From NCBI GenBank assembly GCA_965215955.1, contig OZ244132.1, forward strand, positions 1,452,323-1,516,322: DNA of 64,000 bases, in the 5' to 3' direction. Every line of letters begins with the position of its first letter. Within the stretch, counting starts at the first letter, position 1. Source of the stretch: Henriciella sp. (lineage in GTDB: Bacteria; Pseudomonadota; Alphaproteobacteria; Caulobacterales; Hyphomonadaceae). The position numbers and the translations under genes are program-made. Positions 9,635-18,801 of the stretch are shown here, in pieces. The notes beneath the pieces were generated by a model that saw only the letters and a program-made list of their open reading frames with translations, did no database searches and was not told where the DNA came from.

Positions 9635-11076
9635 CCATCCTTCGACCGAACCGGCTCGAACTCATAAAGAGAGATGCCGCGCGCATGCGCATCGAACTTC
9701 AGTTTGCGATTGAGCGGGGCGTGAGCGCGTGAGGCGCAATTCTGTCGGTCGCAAAGGTAGCAGTTCACGCCAATCGGTGTCGGTTTTTGCGAAGCCATAT
9801 CCAAACGATCGAAATAGACCAGGCTATCGGCATAGGCCTTGTCGCAACCAAGGCCGATCGCGACCCGCGCGGGCGGTCGTCCATGATGGCCGCGCGAGCG
9901 ATTGATGGCCTTCGAGATCGAAAGATAAGTTGTGTCATCCGGCATTTGGATTAGCTGCGTGAGGGTTTCACCGGGTTGTTCGAAAGTGCGGTGAATGTTC
10001 CATCGCGGACAGGCGCCGCCGAACTTGGAAAAGTGGAACCGGCCGGCGCTGAAACGTTTTGAGACGTTCCCGGCAGCGTCAATCCGCAAGAAGAAAAATG
10101 GAATGCCCTTCGCGTCTGGTTTTTGAAGCGTGGTCAGGCGGTGGGCGGTTTGTTCGAAACTGGTCCCGAAGCGATGGCTGAGCAGATCGACATCATATCG
10201 CGTATCCTCGCACGCTTTCAGGAAGGCCTTGTACGGCATCAGCATGGCGGCGGCGAAATAGTTGGTCAAAGAGACGCGCACGAGACCGCGGGCGCTTTCT
10301 TCCTTCAGGCCAGACTGTATGACCACATCTTCGATGAGATCGCGATACTCCAAAAGGCCAAGCTGGAAGGCGAGCTGAAATTGCCGCCCAGTTGGATGCA
10401 GCAGTTCGGAAATGTCGATCCCGGACCGGTGGCGATCGAAATAGGTGAACGAGGACGGCATCGCTGAGCTCGGCAGCACGCGAATGCGCAGCTTGTACTT
10501 GTCTTCCAATCGTTCCTGGATCGCGGTCTCGATCGATTTGCGTCCAGCGGTCAGTTCGGCGTTGAAGGCGGACGCGGTTTCATCCAGCGCCGGAAAGTAA
10601 TTGCTTTGCTCATGCAGAAATTGCCGAACCTTCTCGACGGGGCGGGCGCTTTCTTCAAGCAGCTCGACTTTTTCGCGATCTGCAAGAGGGTTTGCATCAG
10701 AATAGGTGCTTAATGCGAGTTCGCGGTAACGTTCGTGCAAGCGAAGGAAGCCTTTGATCGTCTCAGGACTGGCGCCGACCAGGTCTTCGAGTTCGCTTTT
10801 CGGGATTTGCAGCTCTCCAAAAACCGGATCGCGCAGCGCGTTGACGAGCTCATTGACCAGGCCTGCATCCATATCCTGCGCAAGGTCTGCGACATTCACA
10901 TCAAACTCTTCGGCCAGTTTGAGCAATACTGCGGCACTGACCGGGCGCTGATTGCGCTCGATCAAGTTGACATAGGTTGCGGAGACGTCGAGCCGGCGTG
11001 CAAACTCAGCCTGTGTGAGGCCAAGTTGGGTCCGCAGGCGCTTGATACGCGGGCCGATAATGAGCTTTTTCTTCAT
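9631..11076 (-). CDS. ramB: Short-chain fatty acyl-CoA regulator (ScfR/RamB/PrpR family, XRE HTH)
   Basis: N-terminal XRE HTH (GLTQAEFARRLDVSATYVNLIERNQRP), FGTSFEQTAHRLTTLQ, RIDAAGNVSKRFSA and C-terminal Cys motif CYLCDRQNC. Divergent from aceB-aceA. Confidence 0.88.
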   Translation of the reverse strand: MKKKLIIGPRIKRLRTQLGLTQAEFARRLDVSATYVNLIERNQRPVSAAVLLKLAEEFDVNVADLAQDMDAGLVNELVNALRDPVFGELQIPKSELEDLVGASPETIKGFLRLHERYRELALSTYSDANPLADREKVELLEESARPVEKVRQFLHEQSNYFPALDETASAFNAELTAGRKSIETAIQERLEDKYKLRIRVLPSSAMPSSFTYFDRHRSGIDISELLHPTGRQFQLAFQLGLLEYRDLIEDVVIQSGLKEESARGLVRVSLTNYFAAAMLMPYKAFLKACEDTRYDVDLLSHRFGTSFEQTAHRLTTLQKPDAKGIPFFFLRIDAAGNVSKRFSAGRFHFSKFGGACPRWNIHRTFEQPGETLTQLIQMPDDTTYLSISKAINRSRGHHGRPPARVAIGLGCDKAYADSLVYFDRLDMASQKPTPIGVNCYLCDRQNCASRAHAPLNRKLKFDAHARGISLYEFEPVRSKDG

Positions 11077-11088
11077 GCACGCTGACCA

Positions 11089-11207
11089 TTACAACATTTA
11101 CAAACATTACATACAAAAATTTACATAACAAACAATGAAACCCAATAGATTAGGGGGTGGTATGGACGTGGCACGGGTTTTGTAAATACAGGGGGGTAAT
11201 TACAAAA
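11089..11207. promoter_or_regulatory. Candidate RamB/ScfR operator sites in the ramB-aceB divergent spacer
   Basis: TTACA at 11089, 11098, 11107 (9-bp period) and 11121. Inverted repeat TTTTGTAA (11178-11185) / TTACAAAA (11200-11207). Confidence 0.55.
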
Positions 11208-11220
11208 TCAGGAGAACGCC

Positions 11221-12879
11221 ATGTCAGGCACGCTAATTCAAGATGCGGTTCAAGCCGCGAAGCAAACCCCTCGACACCGCCGTCCGGCGGACGTGGTTGG
11301 CACTGTCCCGCCAGAGTATGAGCGGGTTCTGACCCATCGCGCGCTTTTGTTCATTGCAGATCTTGAGCGGCGGTTTGGCGGTCAGCGGAAAATCCTGCTG
11401 GAGAATCGTAGATTGGCACAGATGCGTTTCGACGATGGCGAAATGCCAAGCTTCCCGCTCGAAACGGAACACATTCGTAAATCTGTCTGGGAAGTCGCTC
11501 CGGTTCCAAAAGCGCTGCAAGATCGCCGTGTTGAGATCACAGGTCCTGTTGACCGTAAGATGATGATCAATGCGCTGAACTCTGGCGCCAAAATGTTCAT
11601 GGCGGATTTCGAAGACGCCTCTTCGCCCACCTTCTCCAACATGGTGGAAGGTCAAGCGAACATGATCGACTACGCGGCGGGCAATCTCGCTTTTGATGAC
11701 GAAGCCCGCGGTAAGTCTTACCGTTTGAATGACGAGACGGCGACTATGCTGGTGCGTCCTCGCGGTTGGCACCTGGAAGAGGCTCACGTCACAGTTGATG
11801 GACAGCCAATGTCTGCCAGCTTGTTCGATTTCGGCTTGCACATTTTCCACAATGGCAAGGCGCTGATGGAGCAAGAAAAAGGCCCATTCTACTACTTGCC
11901 GAAAATGGAGAATTACCAGGAGGCGCGCCTTTGGAATGATGTCTTCAACTTCGCCCAAGCGGCCCTCGGTATCCCGAACGGCACGATTAAAGCGACGGTG
12001 CTGATTGAGACGCTGCCAGCGGCGTTCCAAATGGACGAGATCCTCTACGTCATGCGCAATCACATTGTTGGCCTGAACTGTGGCCGCTGGGATTACATTT
12101 TCAGCTATATCAAAACGCTGCGCAATCACCCTGAATATGTCCTGCCGGATCGCGCGCAGGTCGGAATGGATCGCGCCTTCTTGAAAGCCTATTCGCTGAA
12201 GCTGATCCAGACCTGTCACCGTCGCCGCGCCCATGCGATGGGCGGCATGGCAGCGCAAATCCCTGTTAAAGGCGATGAAGCTGCGAACACTGCAGCATTC
12301 GACAAGGTTCGCGCGGATAAGAAGCGTGAAGCACAACAAGGCCACGACGGGACTTGGGTGGCTCACCCGGATCTGGTGCCGGTCGCTATGGAAGTGTTCG
12401 ACGCTGAAATGCCAAACGCCAACCAGGTTCTGAGCCAGCGCCAGTTCCCGAACATTACCGAAGAGTCGCTTCTGACCCCGCACACTGGCGATGTCACTGA
12501 GGCGGGTATCCGGACCAATATCTCTGTTGGTATTGAGTACACAGCCGCTTGGCTGCGTGGCCGCGGCGCGGTGCCGATCCATAATCTGATGGAAGATGCC
12601 GCCACGGCTGAAATCTCTCGCAGCCAGCTTTGGCAGTGGCTCACGCATGGCACTGAATACAAGACCGAAGACGGAAAGTCTGAAGTCTTCACGGCGGCCG
12701 CTTTTGACGCGCTGCTGAATGATGAGCTCGGCAAAATCAAAGCGACGCTCGGCGACAATGCGTATGCCGAGGGCCGCTACCCAGAAGCTACGGAAGTGTT
12801 TGTCAAAACCGCGACGGGCGATGAGCTCGCCGACTTCCTGACCTTGCCCGCCTATGACGTCCTTCGCGGCGCCAACTAA
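11221..12879 (+). CDS. aceB: Malate synthase A (552 aa)
   Basis: DRRVEITGPVDRKMMINALNSGA, MADFED, LVRPRGWHL, YLPKME, GLNCGRWDYIFSYIK, HAMGGMAAQIP, GHDGTWVAHP, LMEDAATAEISRSQLWQW. Confidence 0.97.
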   Translation: MSGTLIQDAVQAAKQTPRHRRPADVVGTVPPEYERVLTHRALLFIADLERRFGGQRKILLENRRLAQMRFDDGEMPSFPLETEHIRKSVWEVAPVPKALQDRRVEITGPVDRKMMINALNSGAKMFMADFEDASSPTFSNMVEGQANMIDYAAGNLAFDDEARGKSYRLNDETATMLVRPRGWHLEEAHVTVDGQPMSASLFDFGLHIFHNGKALMEQEKGPFYYLPKMENYQEARLWNDVFNFAQAALGIPNGTIKATVLIETLPAAFQMDEILYVMRNHIVGLNCGRWDYIFSYIKTLRNHPEYVLPDRAQVGMDRAFLKAYSLKLIQTCHRRRAHAMGGMAAQIPVKGDEAANTAAFDKVRADKKREAQQGHDGTWVAHPDLVPVAMEVFDAEMPNANQVLSQRQFPNITEESLLTPHTGDVTEAGIRTNISVGIEYTAAWLRGRGAVPIHNLMEDAATAEISRSQLWQWLTHGTEYKTEDGKSEVFTAAAFDALLNDELGKIKATLGDNAYAEGRYPEATEVFVKTATGDELADFLTLPAYDVLRGAN

Positions 12880-12926
12880 CCCCTAACGACCCCCAAGACA
12901 AAGTAGAATTAGACGAGGATAAACCT

Positions 12927-14552
12927 ATGACCCAACGTCCAACATACAGTCAGCTGATGGAAGAAACCCTGAAGCGCTACCCGAGTGGCCAAACAAAAGC
13001 CGGGATCAGCGTTGAAGATGTTGTTCAGCTGAAAATTCAGAACACTTACAATACACACCTTGATATTGCGAAAGCGATGTCTGGCGTGATGCGCGAAGAT
13101 ATGGCCGCGTATGAAGCTGACTCTTCAAAGTTCACTCAGTCGCTCGGCTGCTGGTCAGGCTTCCACGCGCATCAGAAAATCAAAGCTGTGAAGCGCATGC
13201 GCGGCACCGCGAAAGGCACATACATCTATCTTTCAGGTTGGATGGTTGCTGGTCTTCGCAACAGCTTCGGTCACCTGCCAGATCAGTCTATGCACGAGAA
13301 AACTGCTGTGACCGATCTCATCAAAGAGATTTACACATCCCTGCGTCAGGCGGATGAAGTTGCTCTGAACGATCTGTTCCAAGAGCTGAACGCAGCGCGC
13401 GAGTCAGGTGCTGACCAAGCTGCAATCGACGAAATCATCTACCGCATCGACACATTTGAGAGCCACGTTGTGCCGATCATCGCCGACATCGATGCTGGCT
13501 TCGGAAACGAGCACGCGACTTACCTGCTCGCGAAAGAGCTGATCCTTGCTGGTGCTTGCTGCTTGCAGATCGAAAACCAAGTGTCTGACGCGAAACAGTG
13601 TGGTCACCAGGACGGTAAAGTGACGGTTCCACGCGAAGACTTCATCACCAAGCTGCGCGCTTGTCGTATGGCGTTTGAAGAGCTCGGCGTTGATGACGGT
13701 GTCATCGTGGCACGGACCGACAGCCTCGGTGCTGGCCTGACCCAGAAGATCCCGGTTTCACTTGAGCCAGGCGATCACGCTGCGGAATACATTAAGTGGG
13801 TTGAGACTGAAGAAGTCACTGATGCGAACCCATTGAAAGAGGGCGAAGTTGCTCTGATGCGGGACGGCAAAGTCACACGCCCAGTGCGGATGCCGAACGG
13901 TCTCTACAAGTTTAAAGACAATACTGGCCGTGAGCGTGTGATCGAAGATTGCATCAGCTCGCTACGTGATGGCGGCGCCGACCTTCTCTGGATTGAAACA
14001 GCGACACCAAATGTCGACGAGATTGCCTCTATGGTGAACGCGATCCGCGAAGTCGTTCCAAATGCGAAGCTGACTTACAACAACTCACCAAGCTTCAACT
14101 GGACGCTGAACCTGCGTAAGCAAGTTCGTGAGCAGTGGATTGCTGAAGGTAAAATCGCGGAAGGCGATTACCCAGAAGGCAACGCTCTGATGTCGCCTAA
14201 GCTTGATGAAACAGAGCTGGGTCTCGAGGCCGATGCGCGTCTGCAAAGCTTCCAGACTGACATTTCAGCGCGCGCTGGCGTGTTCCACAACTTGATCACG
14301 CTGCCGACCTTCCACCTCACTGCGAAGGGTATGGACGAGCTTTCAAACGGCTACTTTGGCGACGAGAAAATGCTTGCCTACGTCAAGAATGTTCAACGTG
14401 AAGAGATCCGCCGCGGCGTTTCTGCGGTGAAGCACCAGCACGAAGTTGGTTCTGACCTTGGCGATACATTCAAGGAAATGGTTGCCGGTGATCGTGCGCT
14501 TAAAGCGGGCGGTGCTCACAACACCATGAACCAGTTCGAGGCTGCTGAATAA
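12927..14552 (+). CDS. aceA: Isocitrate lyase (541 aa, Pseudomonas/alphaproteobacterial long type)
   Basis: IYLSGWMVAG, PDQSMHEKT, IIADIDAGFG, catalytic QIENQVSDAKQCGHQDGK, VARTDS, LLWIET, YNNSPSFNW. Confidence 0.97.
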   Translation: MTQRPTYSQLMEETLKRYPSGQTKAGISVEDVVQLKIQNTYNTHLDIAKAMSGVMREDMAAYEADSSKFTQSLGCWSGFHAHQKIKAVKRMRGTAKGTYIYLSGWMVAGLRNSFGHLPDQSMHEKTAVTDLIKEIYTSLRQADEVALNDLFQELNAARESGADQAAIDEIIYRIDTFESHVVPIIADIDAGFGNEHATYLLAKELILAGACCLQIENQVSDAKQCGHQDGKVTVPREDFITKLRACRMAFEELGVDDGVIVARTDSLGAGLTQKIPVSLEPGDHAAEYIKWVETEEVTDANPLKEGEVALMRDGKVTRPVRMPNGLYKFKDNTGRERVIEDCISSLRDGGADLLWIETATPNVDEIASMVNAIREVVPNAKLTYNNSPSFNWTLNLRKQVREQWIAEGKIAEGDYPEGNALMSPKLDETELGLEADARLQSFQTDISARAGVFHNLITLPTFHLTAKGMDELSNGYFGDEKMLAYVKNVQREEIRRGVSAVKHQHEVGSDLGDTFKEMVAGDRALKAGGAHNTMNQFEAAE

Positions 14553-14576
14553 GTTTCCTCAAACCCAAGCCAAACA

Positions 14577-14614
14577 AAAGCGCGCTGATCAGATCGATCA
14601 GCGCGCTTTCTTTT
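14577..14614. terminator. Bidirectional intrinsic terminator after aceA
   Basis: Perfect 14-bp stem AAAGCGCGCTGATC (14577-14590) / GATCAGCGCGCTTT (14596-14609), with an A-rich 5' flank and T-rich 3' flank, between convergent genes. Confidence 0.85.
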
Positions 14615-14641
14615 GCCCCAAAGGCAACGCCCCCTTTGGCT

Positions 14642-15136
14642 TTAGTCCAGGTCGTTCATCGCTTTCGCGACGCGCTCGAGATCCTCGCTTGAGACATCGT
14701 CTAGAACGCTTTGGCGATAGACGCGGATCCCGGCTTTTTGCTCGCGCATTTTTTGCTCAAGCCGCGCGTAGAAATCCGCAGATCGCGCGTGATATGGATA
14801 GTAGCGGGAATAGTTCTTGCGAGCGTCTCGATTGCCGCGCAGGATTACCCGCATCATAGCATCGGAGGTTTCGCGTGCTTCTTCGGTGTCGCGATTTTGC
14901 AGGATGGACTGAACCTTTCGCTCGGTCGCAAACCGCTGAACGCGTTTCTCGAAAGCTGTTTCTCGATTCTCGCCACCCGCGATAATTAACGGCGTCGTTC
15001 GCGCCTCGCTTGAATAAGTCTTGGATTTACCGCCGCCATAGACGGTAACGCTTTGAGCAAGAGCAGGGGCGGATAGAAGCATAAAAGTCCCCGCAAGTGC
15101 CAGTAAACGTGGGCCATTTTTGTGTGTCTGGCGCAT
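14642..15136 (-). CDS. Hypothetical secreted protein (about 164 aa; likely start 15136)
   Basis: Signal-peptide-like MRQTHKNGPRLLALAGTFMLLSAPALA-QSV. The rest is charged and predicted helical, with no recognisable family. Confidence 0.6.
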   Translation of the reverse strand: MRQTHKNGPRLLALAGTFMLLSAPALAQSVTVYGGGKSKTYSSEARTTPLIIAGGENRETAFEKRVQRFATERKVQSILQNRDTEEARETSDAMMRVILRGNRDARKNYSRYYPYHARSADFYARLEQKMREQKAGIRVYRQSVLDDVSSEDLERVAKAMNDLD

Positions 15137-15302
15137 GAATTCTACTCGCTTTTGCAAAGCCGTTCTGGCTTTGGTTAGTGCGAGTTTGGCAATTTATTTC
15201 GAATTTGCAACAATATACTATGGTTAATACGGTTATTCCCTATTTGCGCGAGTTGGATAGAGTGTATTCCCACACATTCGCTTTGCGTAGGATCTGACCC
15301 GA

Positions 15303-16502
15303 ATGCCAAAAGTGATCATCGTTGGAGGAGGTATAGGCGGGCTTACGGCAGCGCTGGCCTTTCACGCTTTTGGATGGAAAGTCGACGTGCTGGAACGGGC
15401 GGCGGAGCTGTCCGAGGTTGGCGCCGGTATCCAAATCAGTCCGAATGGGATGAAAGTGTTCCGCGCACTCGGCGTCGAAGATCGGATTGCGCGCGATGCT
15501 TTCCAGCCTGAATCTCTCGAAATGTGCTTTGGTCGATCGGGAAAACAAATCTTCGAAATCGAAGCGCGTCAGGCCATCGTTGAGCGATGGGGCGCCCCTT
15601 ATCTGCATCTGTACCGCGCGGACTTGATTGAAGCGCTTTCTGAGTTGCTGCGCGCGCGCCAGCCGCATGCTGTGCGGTTGAACGTGGTGTGCACGGGATA
15701 TGAGAATCGCGGGGCAAAGGTGGTGGCGCATTTGCAGTCAGGCGAGGCGATTGAAGGCGATCTCTTGGTCGGCGCTGATGGGCTGCATTCGAACATTCGC
15801 ACCCAGATGCTCGGACCTGATCAGCCTGACTTTACCGGCAACACAGCCTGGCGCGCCGTGGTGCCGATGGAGCGTCTGGGAGACTTGGCACCGCCGCCCA
15901 AAGCCTGCGTATGGGTTGGAAAGCGGCGCCACGCGGTGACGTATCGCCTGCGCGGAGGCACGCTCGCAAACTTTGTCGGGATTGTCGAAAGTGATGCCTG
16001 GACCTCAGAGTCCTGGACGGAGCAGGGCACGAAGGAAGAGGTCTTGTCGGATTTTGCGGGATGGCACCCGGTCATCACCAATCTGATTGAGCAGGCAGAT
16101 GCGCATTTTAAATGGGCCTTGTTTGACCGAAAACCGCTCAGCAAATGGGTGGACGGGCGAGCGGTGCTCTTGGGCGATGCATGCCATCCGACGCTACCAT
16201 TCCAAGCCCAAGGTGCCGTGATGGCGATCGAAGATGCCTACTTGTTGGCGAAACTCGCGTCGGATGAGGCCGAGGGTATGTCAGCGGCCTTGCAAACCTA
16301 TTTCGAGAGCCGGCAGCCGCGCACGGCAAAAGTTCAGGCCGCCTCGCGGAGCAATGCCAAACTCTTCCACAAGCCGACACCGCTTAGCCGCTTGATGACC
16401 TACGGACCGATGTGGCTCGCCGGAAGGCTTGCACCCGCCATCATCCGGTCACGCCAGGATCCGTTTTACGCTTATGATGTGCGAGAAGAGCCGCTCCGCT
16501 AA
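15303..16502 (+). CDS. FAD-dependent monooxygenase (group A, salicylate/3-hydroxybenzoate hydroxylase-like)
   Basis: VGGGIGG Rossmann motif, LLVGADGLHS (DG motif), LLGDACHPTLPFQAQGAVMAIEDA (GD motif). Confidence 0.9.
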   Translation: MPKVIIVGGGIGGLTAALAFHAFGWKVDVLERAAELSEVGAGIQISPNGMKVFRALGVEDRIARDAFQPESLEMCFGRSGKQIFEIEARQAIVERWGAPYLHLYRADLIEALSELLRARQPHAVRLNVVCTGYENRGAKVVAHLQSGEAIEGDLLVGADGLHSNIRTQMLGPDQPDFTGNTAWRAVVPMERLGDLAPPPKACVWVGKRRHAVTYRLRGGTLANFVGIVESDAWTSESWTEQGTKEEVLSDFAGWHPVITNLIEQADAHFKWALFDRKPLSKWVDGRAVLLGDACHPTLPFQAQGAVMAIEDAYLLAKLASDEAEGMSAALQTYFESRQPRTAKVQAASRSNAKLFHKPTPLSRLMTYGPMWLAGRLAPAIIRSRQDPFYAYDVREEPLR

Positions 16503-17056
16503 GCGCTGCCGCCGGTCATGTGCAAGTGAGCGGGATCAATTCCGATCATGCCGAGCGTTTGCTCCCACTTTTTCGAATGGGCCGATCCGAAAATGATGTC
16601 CTCATGTGGGTCTGAAACCAGCCAAGCATGCTCTGATAGCTCATGTTCCAACTGACCCGGCCCCCAACCGGCATAGCCGAGGGTCATTGTCGCTTGCTGC
16701 GGGGCGCCTTCAGTGGCCATGGCGCGCAGGACATCGCGGGTCGCGGTCATTGAGAAGTCTTCGTCCACTTCAACCGTGGCGCCATCGCTGAAATAGTCTG
16801 TCGAGTGGACGACGAACCCGCGATCTGTGCCAACGGGGCCGCCATTCAGAACATAGGCGTCGGACAGTTGAATGCTCTGCTCAATGCCAAGCTGGGTGAA
16901 GAGTTCGGGCAAAGTGAGGTCGTCTATGGGATTATTGAGCACCAGGCCCATCGTATAGTCTTCGCTATGTGCGCAGACCAGGATCACCGATCGATTGAAT
17001 CTAGGGTCGCCAATGCCTGGCATCGCGACGAGCAGTTTTCCGGTTAAGTCTTGCAC
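16499..17056 (-). CDS. YqgE/AlgH family protein
   Basis: LTGKLLVAMPGIGDPRFNRSVILVCAH, GGPVGTDRGFVVHS, LGYAGWGPGQLEHEL. Confidence 0.92.
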   Translation of the reverse strand: MQDLTGKLLVAMPGIGDPRFNRSVILVCAHSEDYTMGLVLNNPIDDLTLPELFTQLGIEQSIQLSDAYVLNGGPVGTDRGFVVHSTDYFSDGATVEVDEDFSMTATRDVLRAMATEGAPQQATMTLGYAGWGPGQLEHELSEHAWLVSDPHEDIIFGSAHSKKWEQTLGMIGIDPAHLHMTGGSA

Positions 17057-17176
17057 GCATTTTTTTCCTTTTGACCGGGCGACGCTACTTCAACCCATAA
17101 ATTTGGCAAGCTTTTGTCATTGCGGGCGCGCTGCAGCGGATTATGTAGATTAGCGAAGATCACAGGAGACCCTTCG

Positions 17177-17659
17177 ATGACGATTTCAGTAGGCGACAAA
17201 CTACCCGAGGCTACTTTCATGGAAATGACGGCCAATGGGCCTGAGCCGGTTTCAACGGCGGATGTCTTCGCAGGCAAAACCGTCGCCCTATTCGCCGTGC
17301 CTGGCGCATACACACCGACCTGTTCCGCCAAGCATTTGCCAGGCTTTGTTGAGAAGCAAGGCGACCTCGCGGCGAAAGGCATTGATGACATTGTCTGTAC
17401 GTCTGTGAACGATGTCTTCGTGATGGGGGCTTGGGGCAAAGACAATGGCGTCGACGGCAAGGTTCGCATGCTCGCAGACGGCAATGGCACCTTTGCAGCC
17501 GCACTTGGCCTCGAAATGGATGGAAGTGGCTTTGGCATGGGCCAACGCTCGCAGCGCTATTCCATGATCGTCAAAGACGGTACTGTAGCAGAACTAAACG
17601 TTGAGCAGGGCGGCGGCTTTGAAGTTTCAAGCGCTGACTATCTGCTGGGGCAGCTTTAA
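17177..17659 (+). CDS. Peroxiredoxin, Prx5 type (160 aa; likely start 17177)
   Basis: FAVPGAYTPTCSAKHLPGF (peroxidatic Cys), SVNDVFVMGAW, RSQRYSMIVKDG. RBS AGGAG upstream of 17177. Confidence 0.93.
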   Translation: MTISVGDKLPEATFMEMTANGPEPVSTADVFAGKTVALFAVPGAYTPTCSAKHLPGFVEKQGDLAAKGIDDIVCTSVNDVFVMGAWGKDNGVDGKVRMLADGNGTFAAALGLEMDGSGFGMGQRSQRYSMIVKDGTVAELNVEQGGGFEVSSADYLLGQL

Positions 17660-17727
17660 ACCCCATCCATAATATTCTGTTTCGGTTTGAAACACTTGAT
17701 CAGAGTTTCGTAACGGAATCGAGCGAC

Positions 17728-17761
17728 AACGGCGTGTTTCTATGGGAAATACGCCGTTTTT
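17728..17761 (+). terminator. Terminator-like hairpin downstream of the peroxiredoxin gene
   Basis: AACGGCGTGTTTC / GAAATACGCCGTT stem (one G-U pair), followed by a T run. Confidence 0.5.
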
Positions 17762-17832
17762 CGATGAATAATTATTGAAAAACGGCAAAACTCTTCCCAT
17801 GTGAACTATGGTTCAATTCAGGGAGGACCACT

Positions 17833-18792
17833 ATGGAAACCAATTTAATCGTACTCGGCCTGTTAGCGGTTGCGGCTTTGGTGCTGATCACATCGGCTGT
17901 CAAAGTCGTCCCGCAAGGCTTTAATTTTACTGTTGAGAATTTTGGTCGATACACGCGAACACTCGGCCCGGGTCTGCACTTCATCGTGCCGTTCTATCAG
18001 CGCATTGGCCGCAAGATGAATATGATGGAGACGGTGCTCGACATCCCAACCCAGGAAGTGATTACGCGCGACAACGCGCAGGTCTCTTGTGATGCGGTTG
18101 TGTTTATCCAAGTCGTTGACCCTGTGTCGGCGGCCTATGAGGTGAACAATCTCGAAAACGCGATCACCAATCTGTCGTTGACCAATATCCGGACCGTGGT
18201 CGGCTCTATGGACCTGGACGAAGTTCTGTCGAACCGCGACGATATTAACGCGCGGCTGCTTTCTGTGGTCGATGCGGCGACCAATCCGTGGGGTGTGAAA
18301 GTCACCCGGATTGAAATCGCCGACCTGTCACCGCCAGCCGATATTACCGAAGCGATGGCGCGTCAGATGAAAGCTGAACGCTTGAAGCGGGCGGAAATCT
18401 TGACTGCGGAAGGCGACAAGCAGTCTGCCATTCTGAAAGCTGAGGGCCTGAAACAGTCTCAGATCCTTGAGGCCGAAGGCCGCCGCGAGGCCGCATTCCG
18501 CGACGCCGAAGCGCGCGAGCGGGAAGGGGAAGCGGAAGCGAAAGCCACGGCCTTCGTCTCGGAGGCGATCGCCAAAGGTGACGTCAACGCGATCAATTAC
18601 TTCCTTGGTCAGCAATATGTCACGGCGTTTGAGAAACTGGCCTCTGCGGGCGGCAATAAGACCGTCATCATTCCAGCCGAGTTCAGCTCGATCATCGGAA
18701 CGATTGAAGGCATTCGCGGTCTCACCGACTCAGCGAAAGAAGCCGGACAACGTAGCCGCACCGCAGTTCCGCCGGCCGGTAATCGAGACTAG
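17833..18792 (+). CDS. SPFH/band-7 (QmcA/YbbK-like) membrane protein
   Basis: N-terminal TM helix, VPQG...ENFGRY, QEVITRDNA, WGVKVTRIEI, QMKAERLKRA and an AEG coiled-coil repeat region. Confidence 0.93.
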   Translation: METNLIVLGLLAVAALVLITSAVKVVPQGFNFTVENFGRYTRTLGPGLHFIVPFYQRIGRKMNMMETVLDIPTQEVITRDNAQVSCDAVVFIQVVDPVSAAYEVNNLENAITNLSLTNIRTVVGSMDLDEVLSNRDDINARLLSVVDAATNPWGVKVTRIEIADLSPPADITEAMARQMKAERLKRAEILTAEGDKQSAILKAEGLKQSQILEAEGRREAAFRDAEAREREGEAEAKATAFVSEAIAKGDVNAINYFLGQQYVTAFEKLASAGGNKTVIIPAEFSSIIGTIEGIRGLTDSAKEAGQRSRTAVPPAGNRD

Positions 18793-18801
18793 GAGCATCC
18801 C

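Noticed and set aside
11233-12648. 471-aa antisense ORF opposite aceB
   Set aside because: It lies wholly within a highly codon-biased gene, has no recognisable motifs and no RBS. It is a typical antisense shadow ORF.
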